Shown in pieces: positions 11,984 to 24,892 of a stretch of 64,000 nucleotides of DNA. The notes below the pieces were generated by a model. It searched no databases and was not told the DNA's origin. It worked only from the letters and a program-made list of their open reading frames with translations. A program made the position numbers and the translations under genes. How positions within the stretch are numbered: the stretch's first letter is position 1; every line of letters starts with the position of its first letter. The stretch is from assembly GCF_018977255.1 (NCBI RefSeq), contig NW_024704743.1, forward strand, positions 16,308,001 to 16,372,000. The letters are read 5' to 3'. The DNA comes from Callorhinchus milii. Taxonomy: Eukaryota.

Positions 11984-12567
11984 TAACAACAACAAAATTA
12001 TATTTGTATAGCCCCTTTCACGTCGGGAAGACATCCCAAGGTGCTGGACAGACAGGGTTACGACTAGAGATGGGGGTCGGGGTGGGGGAGGGTGGAGGGC
12101 AGGGAGGGAAGCAGAGAGATCGAAAGCACAGTCAAAGAGGAGGGTCTTGAGATTGGTCTTGAAGGTGGCGAGGGAGGGGGCGAGACGGAGGGACTGCGGG
12201 ATGGAGTTCCAGAGTGTGGGTGCAGAGCGGCGGAAGGCCTGCCCGCCAATAATGGGGTGAGCAAGGCGGGGAACATGAAGCAGGCCGGAGCAAACAGGGT
12301 GGTAGGGGTTAGGAGATCGCAGAGGTAGGGGGGAGCAAGACTGTGGAGGGCTTTGAAGATGAGGACCAGGATCTTGAACTGTATCCTCTATGTGATGCGA
12401 AGCCAGTGGAGTTGGGCAAGGATGGGGGTGATAGGGTCGCGGAGCATGGTGCGGGAGAGGACACAGGCTGCAGAGTTCTGGATGATCTGCAGTCTATGGA
12501 GGGAGGAGTTGGGGAGGTTGACAAGCGGTGAGAGCATATAGATATTGAAGAGGAGGGGACCAAGGAC
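11984..12567 (-). mobile_element. L2 LINE fragment with a large internal deletion
   Basis: (CAA)n tail, C-terminal ORF2 sequence, then an abrupt jump at ~12529 to the [13 protein letters not shown] region. Confidence 0.88.
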
Positions 12568-12810
12568 AACTAGAACAGGTCACCAGGATGGATGGTTGAG
12601 GCCAGGACACTGCAGTCACATAAGAAAATGTTATAACAGGAGGATAGGAGGGTGGGTATTCAGGAAGGATGAGATCAACTGGGCCAAAGGATCTTTCTTA
12701 CTGATCACTTCTTATAACCTGTGTTACTCAATAATGCTAAACACTGTTTTAAATTTAAATCACCTCTCCACTACTCAGAAGATAATACTGTGCAATGAAG
12801 GGAGCCTGCA

Positions 12811-13912
12811 AACAACAACAACAAAATTACATTTGTATAGTGCCTTCCATGTCGGGAGGACGTCCCAAAGTGCTGGACAGTCAGTGTTTCAGGCCCGAAC
12901 TGGAGGTCGGCATTGGTGAGGGTGGAGGCAGGTAGGGAAGGAGGGTGATCAAAAGCATGGTCCAAGAGCAGGGTGTTGAGATGGGTCTTGAAGGAGGCAA
13001 AGGAGGTGGATGAGGTGGAGGGACTGTGGGATGGAGTGCCAGAGGGTCGGGGCAGAGAGGCTAAAGGCTTGCCTGCCAATGGTGGGGCGGGCGAGGCGGG
13101 GGATGTGAACCAGGCTGAGCTGAGCGGAGTAAGCGGGCGGGTTGTTAGGGGATTAGCTAGTCGCAGAGGTAGAGAGGAGCAAGGCTATGGAGGGCTTTGA
13201 AGGTGAGAACCAGGATCTTGCCTATATTGGGAGGAATTGGGGAGGCTGACAAGCAGGGAGTTTGCATAGTGAAGCCTGGATGTTACGAATGTGTTTATGA
13301 GGGTTTCGGCGGCCTGAGGTGTAAGACAGTGGCAGAGCCAGGCAATGTTGTGGAGGTGAGAAAAAGCAGAGCAGGTTATGGCACAGATGTGGGGTAGAAA
13401 GGTCAAATAAGACACCACTGTTTCGGACTGGATTAGTGAGATGGAATGTGCATCCTTGGATGGCGATGCTGTCAGCGCCTGAGGTGTGGAGGAGCTGACA
13501 CGAACCAATCAGGAGAGCCTCGGTCTTGTTGACGTTGAACTGAAGAAAGCTAATTCTCATCCAGGACTTGATGTCTGACAGATATTCTGTCAGCACAGCA
13601 GTGGTCCCGGAGTCAAGGGTGGAGGCAGAGAGGTAGAGTTGGGTGTCATCTGCATACATGTGGAAGTTGACCCCATGTCTGCGGAAATGTCACCAAGAGG
13701 GAGCATATAGATATTGAAGAGGAGGGGACCAAGAACAGAGCCTTGAGGAACGCCGCACAAGACGGTGCAGAGAATAGAGGAGATATTGTGTGTGGAGATG
13801 AAGTGGAGACTTTGTGAGAGGTAGGATCTGAACCATTCAAGGATAGAACCATGAAGGTTGAGGTGAGAGGAGGCAGTGGAGGAGGATAGAGTGGTCAACG
13901 GTATCGAAGGCA
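12811..13912 (-). mobile_element. L2 LINE, 5'-truncated, internally deleted
   Basis: ORF fragments [17 protein letters not shown] and MYADDTQLY (RT catalytic YADD), and a (CAA)n tail. Confidence 0.92.
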
Positions 13913-15506
13913 AAATAGGTTTACGTTTTACAGACTATGTCCCGTAGGTTCAGCAACTACTGCAACGTGTTATTTGCTGCACTAAAATCAAATGGACCAC
14001 TAAATTGACCTCAACGCTCTATGCATATGGTATAATCACTCACTTCTCTCCCATTATATACTGAATGCCCTACTAATGGCTCGGTCTTGTGAGGGAGGCC
14101 ACATATAGGACAGGATGGCAGTTCATATTCACACACCACATACAGAGTTAAGTACTTCCAACCACTCTTGCAAAGCTCAGGAATCTTTGAAAAGGTACCA
14201 TTAGTAGTTCTAATGGGGCATAATTTGGGAGTGGGGATAGCTTTTGCTCTTTTACTTGGGATGTATTGATTATTACCGCGGTTTTCGCTTTGGTTCCTCA
14301 TCTACTGGATCAAATCAACACATACTTGAATCCAGTGGGTCAGCCAAGTGATCGTTCCATTCGGGACCTGAAATTCAGAGCAGAGTGAAGGATACAGTAA
14401 TGGATGAATATTTCCTATATGTGTCAGCTCTTTCACTTGACCATCTCAACTCAGCTTCCAGTGGGTTTGAGCTCATAGCATAAAATGGCTTTTAATTTAT
14501 CAATCCCGCTCAAGAGGGAATGGAATAGGATGACTTATTTGGGAAACAAAATACCATTTTAGTACGTGCAGAGGGGGCAATCGATCCTATGAGGTTTAAA
14601 TAGATTTACATAGATCATAGACTGCATTGCATAGAAACATGCCATTCAGCCCAATCAATCTATGCCGTTTTTTTCTGCACGAGTCCCCACTCATTGATGT
14701 CCTAGGATTGACTGGCATTAACTAAGATTGGGCACTCACTGAAATTTTTCCCCTCCTAGCCTCCGCAAAAGAGAACCCAAGTCTGGTGACAATGCTCCAG
14801 TGATCAGTTACTTGTGCTGACATACCATTCACCAACACGTCTGTCCAGCTATTTGTTTCAGTTGTCACGTTTTGAACTGGAGTCAGTCAGTATTTTAATT
14901 GGCCATAAATTGCACTTCTTCACTGGAGTTAGGAAATATTTAAATGCCCATTACCCATTTGATGTGAGAGGGCTATATAAATGCAATTTGTTATTATTGT
15001 TGCTCCAAAAATCCAGATAAACTCAATGAAGCCACACTGGGAAGCACCCCACACTCCCCACACTCTCTGGAGACATCGCATGAACATAGTTTAGCAAGAG
15101 ACAGGTTCACACACCGTGTTCAATAATTATCCTTCACTGCTGGGAAACCACATTTTGTTCAATATAATCTTTCTTCAGTATCTAAGGAAGTACTTTGAAG
15201 AGTAAACACTCTCTCTAGACTTATTTCCCCTGCAAACTTTGCAATATCGGAAGATGGAGGTGGCCAAGAGGAGTCCTCATCAAAGTATATACAATATATT
15301 TAATGGTTACAAATAAGGTAAAACCCAGGCAGTTACTTCAAAAGTAAGCCAAGGAAAGAGGGCCGGAGATCATTAAGGGAAATTAGGATATTGACACACA
15401 GGATGTCACACACACCAATCTACGGCGGAGCTGGGGGGGATCTGTGGCCCTTATTAAGCAATCCCAATACGAAATATCCCAATTTGTTTCCTTTTAAATA
15501 ATTAAT

Positions 15507-15770
15507 CAAACCAGATGGATGTTAAAGATCCCATGGCACTATTTGAAAAGAGAAAGGAGTTTCTGCCTATGTCCTGGCCAACAATCCCCTAAATAAAATT
15601 ATTGGTCATTCACTTCATGGCTGTTTGTGGCCCATTTCTGTGTGCAAATTGGCTGTCGCCTATGCCTACAAAATGCAGTCACTACATGTTGCAGTAAATC
15701 CTGTGAAGCTCTTTGAGACACCATTTTGACATGAACGGTGCTGCATCAAATTGAAGTTTTATAAATAAAA
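15507..15770 (+). mobile_element. DeuSINE 3' half
   Basis: gatgttaaagatcccatggcactatttgaaaagag..ctggccaacaatcccc..tail. A similar copy lies at 16140-16420. Confidence 0.75.
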
Positions 15771-17239
15771 GTCCTCTCTACCTTCTTCCACCAGTTTATT
15801 TTCACCTGATATTTCAGATTTGTTCATCTATGCAGTGGAATATCTCAAACCCAAACCCATTTGGTAGATTTAGGAACTTATGACACTGAGGGAATTTTCA
15901 TTATTTTCTATGCATTTGTTCTTGAGGTTGAAACCATTTGATTTACGAGAAATCAAACTCTCTGAAAAATCTTGAGTCAGAAATAGACCATTAACAGACC
16001 CGCAGCCCCATGGAAGATCTATGATAAACAGCGTTGGGCTCAAAAACAAGAGTGAAATTTAGCCTTTGTCTCCATGCTTTGGCACAAGCTGCAGAATGCC
16101 TGGCCTTCTGTCTTCAAACCTTTAAGGTACCCTGTCCATCGGTTGAGACATCAAAACGGGGTCCCGTCTGCCTGTTCAGGTGGATGTTAAAGAACCCATG
16201 GTACTATTTGAAAAGGGAGTTTTTCCTGGAGTCCTGGCCAACAGTCCCCTAAATAAAATTGGTCAGTTACTCCATGACTGTTTGTGGGACATTGCTGTGA
16301 GCAACTGGCTGCTGCATTTTGCCCACAAAATACACAGTCAAATCCACTTTACAGTGTTTTGTGACGTCTCAACGGTGTGATAAGGTGCTATATCAAATGC
16401 AAGGATTATTATTATTATAGTGTTTCAGGTTAACACTGCGCAAAGCAGCTGCTGTTAAGTAAGCTTGGCATTTGCAACCACAATGATGGGAGCCATGACT
16501 GGGACTTGTGATTTCATCAGTGAGGCTTTCCATTGCTGGCACGGGAAATCAGCCTTTCGGGCTTATTCATGGCACTCTGCCCCAATTCACACTGAATCAG
16601 GTCAGCATCCCCCAAATCAACTCAGAGACTGCTGACAGTGCTTGAAAACGATCTCTGCTAAGCAAGAACTGAGATGGCAGCTATTGGCTCTGCGTGGATT
16701 CTACAACTATTCTGAAGTCAAGAGAGGGGTTATTTAAAAACATATTTCATTGACATTTCTTAAATAAAGAGCCATATGTGTTGAGGAATACTGGAATTGT
16801 TTACCCATGTGTGACCAGTTCATGGAAATGTTTTTTTCCAGCTGTTATCTGTCAGTTAAACCTTTAGTGATGATGAGCACCCCTTTTCCCAGGTTCTTAA
16901 TTATTTTGCCCTCTCCATAACAGAGGCATTGAGACTAATTTGCAAATGGGTTTGTAAACAGTACCTGCAGCTTTTCAATAGTCATCTTGTACATTATACC
17001 TAAGCCACTGTTTCATCTCACAAGATTGGTTTGGATGAAGGAGGCCCTTTGGGTCATCTGATATCATCCTCCTGAATAACTTTGTTGTCAGGGGCTTCTG
17101 AAATTCAGGAATGGTGCTTGAAGATCCAGGAATAATCCTGTTCACATAGATTATACTCCCCGTCAGATACACAGAGGGAATGGAATTAACATCATGAAAA
17201 TAAGGATGTTTGTTTGGCTGGTTGTATCTGTTTTTCACT

Positions 17240-17390
17240 GTCTTTCCCCTCTGTCTCCCTTTCTCCTTCTCTGTCTCCCTCTCTCATTCTCTCTGGAAGT
17301 ATATCTCCCTTTCGCTTTCTCTGGCTTTCTCTCTCCCCTTCCGTCTCTCTGTCTCTTTCTCTCTCCCCTTCTTTCTGTATCTCTGCATTG
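17240..17390 (+). repeat. TC-rich low-complexity tract
   Basis: Degenerate (TC)n/(TCTC)n polypyrimidine run. A similar tract lies at 27140-27420. Confidence 0.85.
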
Positions 17391-18112
17391 CTGCTGTTTC
17401 CCACCATTCAGCCTGTCAGCCTGAGGCCGACTGTTCACGCTTGATTCCGTCAGGTGTCAGTGGCCTGTAGTGCAGGAAACTAATCCCACTCCTTGCCTCT
17501 AATGACCTGAAAAGGCCCATTATCCCAGGCTGGCTGCTGATTTAAAATTCATTTCAACTTAAAACTGCACAATGTCATTTGTCAAAATATAGTGACTATT
17601 GACATTGCTGCCGGGCTGGATCAATGGTGAGTCTGTCAACACTGAAACTTTATAATGATGTGAAAATCCTGTGCATACTTGGACACACAGGGTTTCCATG
17701 TAAAGGGTTGCCTGTGGAGAGGGTGAGGATGGTATAAAGCTGTATTGGAGATGCTGTGGGTGTAATTGTGAGCTGCAGACAGTTCTCAGCCCTGTACTGC
17801 TGACTCCGCCACCTCAGCAGCAATGAATACATCCTCCGAAAACCAATTTGAAATTAAAGAAACCTTCCACATCCTAATCCCCAAACAGGAGTTTTCAACA
17901 CACCAAAAACGTTCGTGTTTCCCTCATCTCTGTGCAGGGAGGGAATGGCTTTTAAATCACCCTCCCCCTGTACTACTCTGCCCCTTCCTTCCCAGCATCA
18001 GCTGCACAAGGCATCAGAGGTTGCAAGTCTATGTTAGGATGTGCCCGCAATTTCTGATATAATGCGAGCCCCCAATAAATTACCCCATCGGAGCTGAGCC
18101 TTTATTGTCGGA

Positions 18113-18308
18113 ATAAAAAAAGATATCAGAGAATGCTAGAAAATCTTAGTGAATGCTGGAAAATCTCAGACGTGAAGACAAGTTAAGGCCAGTCACGAGC
18201 CCTCATTGGTTTCTGGTGAAAGGGGTATGCCCAATAGGTTCACCAGTCTTTTTATTTTTAGATTCTAATTGATATGCTGTAGGTTTCCAGCATTTTCTAT
18301 TTTGTTAC
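18113..18308. mobile_element. Degenerate Penelope-derived inverted element
   Basis: gaatgctggaaaatctcag at the left and its inverse tttccagcattttctatttt at the right. Eroded ctggtgaaagggg..ccc hammerhead-like core. Confidence 0.45.
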
Positions 18309-18699
18309 TGTGATGTTTGGTGCTGTGCACAATGCAGTGTCGCTCAACACTGGCAATGTGACCTGGACTCTCCACACACGGAAATCAGTGACAGAGATGA
18401 TACTGTGTGTTGTGTCACTGTGCTCCAGTGGAATACGTTTTCTGAAATATGCTAAAAAAAATCATTCTTGTAACTGAGGATGAAATTTCACCCGGTCTCA
18501 CTCAGCCTGTAAAACTCATCGGGTAAAAATTCCATTCAGTGTTCTGCAAATTGCTGAAGTCAGCCACTAGTGAGATTTCCCATTAAGGTTGCACATCGTT
18601 AAATGCGCTACATGTAACGCTGAATAGAGTTTTTATCCCAATCAGTCTTCAAATTTAAGTGCGTAAAATCATAGAAGATTCTTCAATTTAACGATAGCT

Positions 18700-19225
18700 A
18701 CAAAATTTTTCATTTATACAGGGTCCTTCACGTCAGGGGATGTCTCAAAATGCTTCACATAGTTGACTGGAAACCTAAGATAGGGGTGGGGGGGGCGGTG
18801 GGCAGGAGGGCAGGAGGGGCCGAAAGTGCAAACAACTAGATAGGTCTCAAGATGGGTTTTGAAGGTGGGGAGGGAGGAGACGAGGGGCTTAGATGGAGTT
18901 CCAAAATGGTAGCCAACAAAATGGTCACCCACCAACAGCAGGACTGATCAGGTAAGGGCCATGAAATAAGCTGGTGTTTCGTGAACAGAGAGCAGCCAGA
19001 ACAATAGAGTGGAAGGTGTTCACAGTGGTAGCACGGGGCAAGGGTGTGTAGGCATTTGAAAGTGGGGATGAGGACCTTGAATTGAATCCGCTGGAAAGCC
19101 AAGCGAGGATTGGGGTAATGGGCTCATTGAGCCTGGTGCGGGAGGAGAGACAGGCTGCAGTGCCCCGGATGGTCTTTGGCTTATGTAGGGAGGAGCTGAA
19201 GAGCCCAAAGACAGGGGAGCTTGAA
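18700..19225 (-). mobile_element. Older L2 3' fragment
   Basis: QRIQFKVLIPTFKCLHTLAP and FKTHLETYL motifs, plus stem-loop tail. Confidence 0.75.
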
Positions 19226-19659
19226 TTCAGAATTTGGTTTTAAATTGGAAGATAACTCAACTAAATTGTCGTACAGACTACAATAAGAGGAATGCCGGGC
19301 CACTGGACCTATCTCCTGCTGACCACTGGATATCACTCAGATGTCAATCTCATTTAAAGCTTCCGTGAAGTCAGATTGAGGGCAACAGTGAATACTGGTA
19401 GGAGCTCAGAATCTAAACAGAGTTCAGGCTGGATAGAGTGAGACATATTCGGGTGCCTGCAGGATTCCCTCTTTGGGAATCCTTTTACTAATCTTGCAAA
19501 TTACCCTTGATTTTCTGTAATGCTCCTGAAACTGCCACCTCACCACCACCACCACCACCATCTTGGGTGCCCATCCAGCAGTATGAAGTGCTTTGAGACA
19601 CCATCCTGATGTGAAAGGTGCTATATAAAGATAAATCGCAAAGATTTACCAGATTTGCA

Positions 19660-20085
19660 AAGAATGTACAGCACAGAAACAAGCAACTTGGCTCAACCAA
19701 TCGTGCCATTGTTTATACTCCACATGAGTCTTCACCCCTTGCTTACTTCCTCCCATACCCTTCTATTCCCCTCTCCCTCATGTGAAGGTCTAGCTCCATC
19801 TTAACTTCACCTATTCTAACTGATTCTACCACTGCTTCAGCAGCGGGTACCGCAATCTCATTACCCTCTATGTGAAGTAGTTCCTCCTAAATTCACTTTT
19901 AGATCCATTATTCGTTATCGTATATTTGTGTGCCCTGGTTATGGAATTCCCAACCAGTGGAAACAGCTTATTTGTGTTAACCTTATCAAATCCTTTTGTA
20001 ATTTTAAACTATTAGATCTATTAGGTTCTCCCTTAAATATCCTTTCTTTAAATTATGTTGTTTTGTATAATATTTCTCTTCCAAT
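19660..20085 (-). mobile_element. Old CR1 3' fragment
   Basis: Similar to 7950-8220 (ccagtggaaacag..ccttatcaaatcc..taattttaaa). A similar copy lies at 51750-52030. Confidence 0.6.
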
Positions 20086-20152
20086 GAGGCACATAGCTAA
20101 CATTAGGAAATAACAGAGGTAACTGGGCTCTGACAATTTATTATTTCATCAA

Positions 20153-21775
20153 TTAACAACAAAATTACATTTGTTACATTTGAGGATGCTCCAAGGCACT
20201 GGACAATCTGTGTTTCGGACCCAAGGTGGGGGTCTGGATCGGGGAGGGGGGAGAGAAGGGGGGAAGGAGGGTGACCAAAGGCAATGTCGAAGAGGATGAT
20301 CTTGAGACGAGTCTTGAAGGAGGCAAGGAAGGGGGCGAGGTGGAGGGACTGCGGGATGGAGTTCCAGAGGGTTGGGGCAGAGTGGCAGAAGGCCCTCCTG
20401 CCAATGGTGGGGCAGGCAAGTCGGGTGACGTGAAACAGACTGGAGCCCATTGAGCGGAGGAAGTGAGCAGGTTAGTAGGGAGCTAGAAGGTTGCAGAGGT
20501 AGGGGGGAGCAAGGCCATGGAGGGCTTTGAAGGTGAAGACTAGGATCTTGAACTGTATCCTCCGTGTGATGGGAAGCCAGTGGAGCGGGGTGAGAACAGA
20601 AGTGATAGGGTCGTGGAGCCTGGTGTCAGGGAAGACACGGGCTGCAGAGTTCTAGATGATCTGCAGCCTATGGAGCGAGAAGTTGGGAAGGCCGACAAGC
20701 AGGGAGTTTGCATGGTCGAACCTGGATTTTATGAAGGGTCTCAGCGGCCTGCGCTGTGAGACAGTGAAGGTGCTGGGCGATGTTGCAGAGGTGGGAGAAG
20801 GCAGAGCGGGACGTGGCATAGATGTGGGGTAGAAAGGATAGTTGAGGATCAAACAAGACACCAGGATTCTGGACTGGCTCAGTGAGGTGGAGTCTGCATC
20901 CGTGGATGGTGATGTTGTCAACGCCTGAGGTGTGGAGTTGCTGATGGCAGCCAATCAGGAGGGTCTCAGTCTTGTTGACGTTCAACTGTAGAAAGTTAGC
21001 TCTCATCCAGGACTTGATGTCTGACAGACATTCTGTCAGGACAGCAGTGGTCCTGGAGTCAAGGGTGGATAGAGAGATAGAGTTGGCTGTCATCCGCATA
21101 CATGTGGAAGTTGACCTCATGTCTGCAGATGATGTCACCAAGAGGGAGCATATAGATATTGAAAAGGAGGGGACCAAGGACAGAGTCCTGAGGAATGCCA
21201 CATGAGCCGGTGCAGGGCTAGAGAAGAAACAATTTGTAGAGATGAAATGAGGTAGTATGAGAGGTAGGATCTGAACCATTCATGGACAGAACCATGAAGG
21301 TTGAGGTGAGAGGAGAGGCAGTAGAGGAGGATAGAGTGGTCAATGGTATCGAAGGCAGCAGAGAGGTCAAGGAGGACGAGGAGGCAGAGGGAGCCCTGGT
21401 TGCAGATGGACAAAATGATATTTGTCACTTTGACCAGGGCTGTTTCTGTGCTGTGGATGGCACAGAAACCTGATTAGAGGGGTTCATGAAGGAAGTGGCA
21501 GGAGAGGAAGTAGACAAGCTGGGAAGCAACGACTCGTTCCCGGACTTGGAAAGGAAAGTGAGGTTGGAGATGGGGGTGGTAGTTTGAGAGCAGGGATGGG
21601 TCCAGGAAGGATATTTTAAGGATAGAAGTGATCTCCCCGTTTTTAGAGGGGTGGGAACGGTGACAGAGACAGGGATAGGTTTATGATGTCTGTGAGTAGG
21701 GGAGCAAAGAGGTGGAGCTGGGAGGTAAGGAGAGGGGTTGTGATTGGGTTGAGGGAGCAGGTGGTCAGTTTATGT
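20153..21775 (-). mobile_element. L2 LINE, 5'-truncated ~1.6 kb
   Basis: [39 protein letters not shown] and LWNSIPQ motifs, and a (CAA)n tail. Colinear and antiparallel to 696-2324. Confidence 0.93.
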
Positions 21776-22224
21776 CCCTCATGAATATCCCTCAGCATTG
21801 GACGCAGATCTTGTTGCAGTGGAGCTCGAGCAGACTGGTACATTCAGTTACGGAAAGAGTCCTCATTTGTGCTGCTCAGATTCCTATTGAGGAATCCCAT
21901 AAAGAGATACTGTACATTACAATAGAAGGTCAACATGCTCAGTGAAGGGTGTGCAAGTCTTTACTCAAACAGCAGGAGTTGTGTTCAGACCTAGAGTGTG
22001 GACACTTACCTGACTCCGTTTCCACACACTCAATAATGAAAGGCTTAACGATTTAATGCACCATATATGCACCGTTTTGGATAATGCACGCATGATATGT
22101 GGTACCTTTTATGTGCAGTAGTGGTTCAGGCTAAAGTTGCTGAATGTTCCAGTGCGTACTTTCAGATAGTCAGAAGCAAATCATGCAGACAGGCTTTCTC
22201 ACTGTAAAAGCATAATATACTAAC

Positions 22225-22316
22225 CTGTGCCCCAACAGGAAAGGACGGGTGTGTTTGGCTAGGCTGGTGCTGGTCGGGTGTGCCTGTTTCAGAGTGCGCT
22301 GAACTTCCTCTGGCTC
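22225..22316 (-). CDS. POU6F2: POU6F2 internal coding exon (92 nt, phase 1 to phase 0)
   Basis: (G)GA GCC AGA.. gives GARGSSAHSETGTPDQHQPSQTHPSFPVGAQ, versus recalled human GARGNPALSDPGTPDQHQASQTHPPFPVGPQ. Acceptor ttgcag| and donor CAG|gttagt. Splices in frame to 3229. The ORF track shows this region in the wrong frame. Confidence 0.95.
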
Positions 22317-23577
22317 CTGCAACCCAAACAGAAGCTCCATTAAATATCCAACAGGGAACAGTGTTTTGCAGATATGGTGTTCAATAACATGAAGCCGAGG
22401 ATCACGCACTTTACTGGTTTTAACATAAAATCAAAGCTTCAAAGTACTGATGAGCTGCTGCATAAATTAGATGTGAATTTGCTGAAGCTCTTCATCATGC
22501 TGAGCCAAAATGCACTTTCAATTGTAAAAAAGGCACCCATCCTCTTTAGGAAGATGTACTGAGCTAACATGTGATTGGAGAGAATGTGAGGCACTCCTGA
22601 GATAGCAGCAAGCTAAGTTGGCAGCAATGCATATCTGCTTATTTAGTTGGCAGATTTCTTAAATGGGACAGAGTTAATGTGGCAAAGCCAGATACACCAG
22701 AACACTGGTTGGGGAACTCCCATTTTAACAGCAACTTAATTATTGCCCAGTTAATCAGAAGCAATGAAAAAAATGATGGAAATATTCGCCCACAAAACAT
22801 ACAGTGAATTCACATTACAGTATACCTGTGAAGCGCCTTGAGATGTATCAACAATGTGATAAGGCGTTACATCAAATGCAAGAATTATTATTATTATTAA
22901 CTTGTATTTTAAAAGTGTAAACGCCTATGCACACTTACAGCATTCAACATTTATAAAACATGGAATAAAGGAGGTGTTTTGGATCTTAGATCAATTCGTT
23001 TAAATTGTTTAAAAACTGTTATCTTGTCACATTGTCTTTCGGTGGTGATACAATCAATTGAATGAATCGCTTATAACTTTGACTCGTCTCTGCATTCTGC
23101 ATTTACAACAATTATCTGTGAAGTGTTTTGAGATGTTGAGACTGTAGAGGAACTTTCTTCAGTGTTACAACTTTCGTGATTCTATGATGCCACCATCTCG
23201 TCCAGCATTATAGGAGTTACAAATCATCAGGTAAATATATCCTCTACACATAATACATCCTACACCTAGAGCTCAAGCTCCAGATAGTAAGTTGCAGTAC
23301 TTAGTAATCTGGATATGGACAGCCTGTCCTACGCATCAATTTTGATAAAATTGCACAATAGCAACAATAGCTGTAGGTATTGGCAGGAGTACAAAGACTT
23401 GCGAATCACAGCAGACTTTGATGAAACCTTTTTTCCATTGAGGTAACAGCAGGAAGACCAGAAGAGAAGACTCAGTGGATTTGAATAAAATCTCAGGAGA
23501 GATTTTATTGATATATTCCAGGCTATAGATAAATTAAAACTTGGTATGTTTAGCATAGTGAACTATAGAGAACAAAA

Positions 23578-23631
23578 GGACACTGGCTCACGCAGACAGC
23601 AGTGGGACACTGGCTCACGCAGACAACAGTG
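23578..23631 (+). repeat. 27-bp tandem duplication at the 5' junction of a SINE tail (tail runs to ~23770)
   Basis: ggacactggctcacgcagaca(g/a)cagtg x2, then ggacactg continuing into SINE sequence. Confidence 0.9.
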
Positions 23632-24143
23632 GGACACTGCTGTGTGCAATTGGCTGCCACGTTTGCCCACAAATATACAGTCATTTCACTTTACAGTATA
23701 TTCTGTGAAGCGCTTTGGGACGTCTAGAAGACGTGAAAAGCGCTATATCAAATGCAAGGATTATTATTATCTTACACACTGTGGTCAGCTAAGGCACCCT
23801 ATCAATTGCTAGACAAAAACATTCCAATTAATTTCCTCAGTCATGGGATATAAGGTGCTTGCGAACATTGTGAAAGTGACATAATCCACTAGTAGCAGTA
23901 AAGGATGGGAAGTGGAGAGTGAAGATGTGCAAAGACAACTGTGTTTGATAGAAGCTGAATCTTATCAAGATGACTTTTGTGTCACAATATTGTATCTGTC
24001 TCCAATCCACAGAAGAGCGTGAGAAAAAAGAAACAAAAGTAGGACGTTGAGTCTGTCAAAACCTGTTCTGCTATTTTATTAGATCCTTTTAATCCCACTT
24101 TCCTGCGTTTTCTCCACATCTTGTCATGTTATTATTACCTGAG

Positions 24144-24314
<171 letters not shown>

Positions 24315-24617
24315 TTTAAACATCCAAATACATTCTACTTTTACAACCTTCAGGTGGGACATCCTCCTGACATGAAAGGTGCTACACAAATGTAATTTTG
24401 TTTGATAATCTGCATTCGCACAAATTCTTTTTATGAAGAATTCACTTTGAAAAAGGGAAAATATATGTTTATACCACTTTATCAATGTCTATGCACTATA
24501 CTGTCTGTTTTGTAGCCAAATGTAAAAGTAATAATAATAATCCTTGCATTTGATATAGTACCTTATCACGTCTTCGAGACATCTCAAAGCGCTTCACACA
24601 ATATACTATAAAGTGAA

Positions 24618-24892
24618 ACAAAAACAGAAGTAGCTGAGAACACTCAGTAGGTCAGGCAGCATCTATGGAAAAAGTAAAGTGAGTCAAAGTTTCAGGCCCA
24701 TGACCCCTCATCAGAACTGGAGCATGTTGGGAGGGAGAGGCTTTTTAGGGCTAACAGAGAGGAGGGAGGTAGGGCAAGGAAGACAAAGCAGAAAATGGGG
24801 TAGAGGACAGGGGATGATCTGACCTGCTGAGTGTTCCCAGAGACTTCTGTTTTTCTTTCAGGTTTCCAGCATCTGCAGTATTTTGTGTTTTG
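24618..24892. mobile_element. Penelope-like element remnant with inverted terminal segments and 15-bp TSD
   Basis: Direct repeat atactataaagtgaa at 24603-24617 and 24893-24907. Internal inverted repeat aaaaacagaagtagctgagaacactcagtaggtca / tgacctgctgagtgttcccagagacttctgttttt. Confidence 0.8.
24681..24720 (-). ncRNA. Minimal type I hammerhead ribozyme motif, probably degenerate
   Basis: Minus strand AGUU-CUGAUGA-G-GGGUC-AUG-GGCCU-GAAAC-UUU-GACU: both core boxes, a 5-bp stem II with two G-U pairs, and a 4-bp stem I. Confidence 0.6.

Noticed and set aside
14011..14301. 96-aa ORF with a CPICG motif
   Set aside because: No recognisable domain, no convincing splice sites, and a length within chance expectation.
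22170..22409. 79-aa ORF over the 92-nt exon
   Set aside because: Wrong frame. The POU6F2 peptide is in another minus-strand frame defined by the splice sites.
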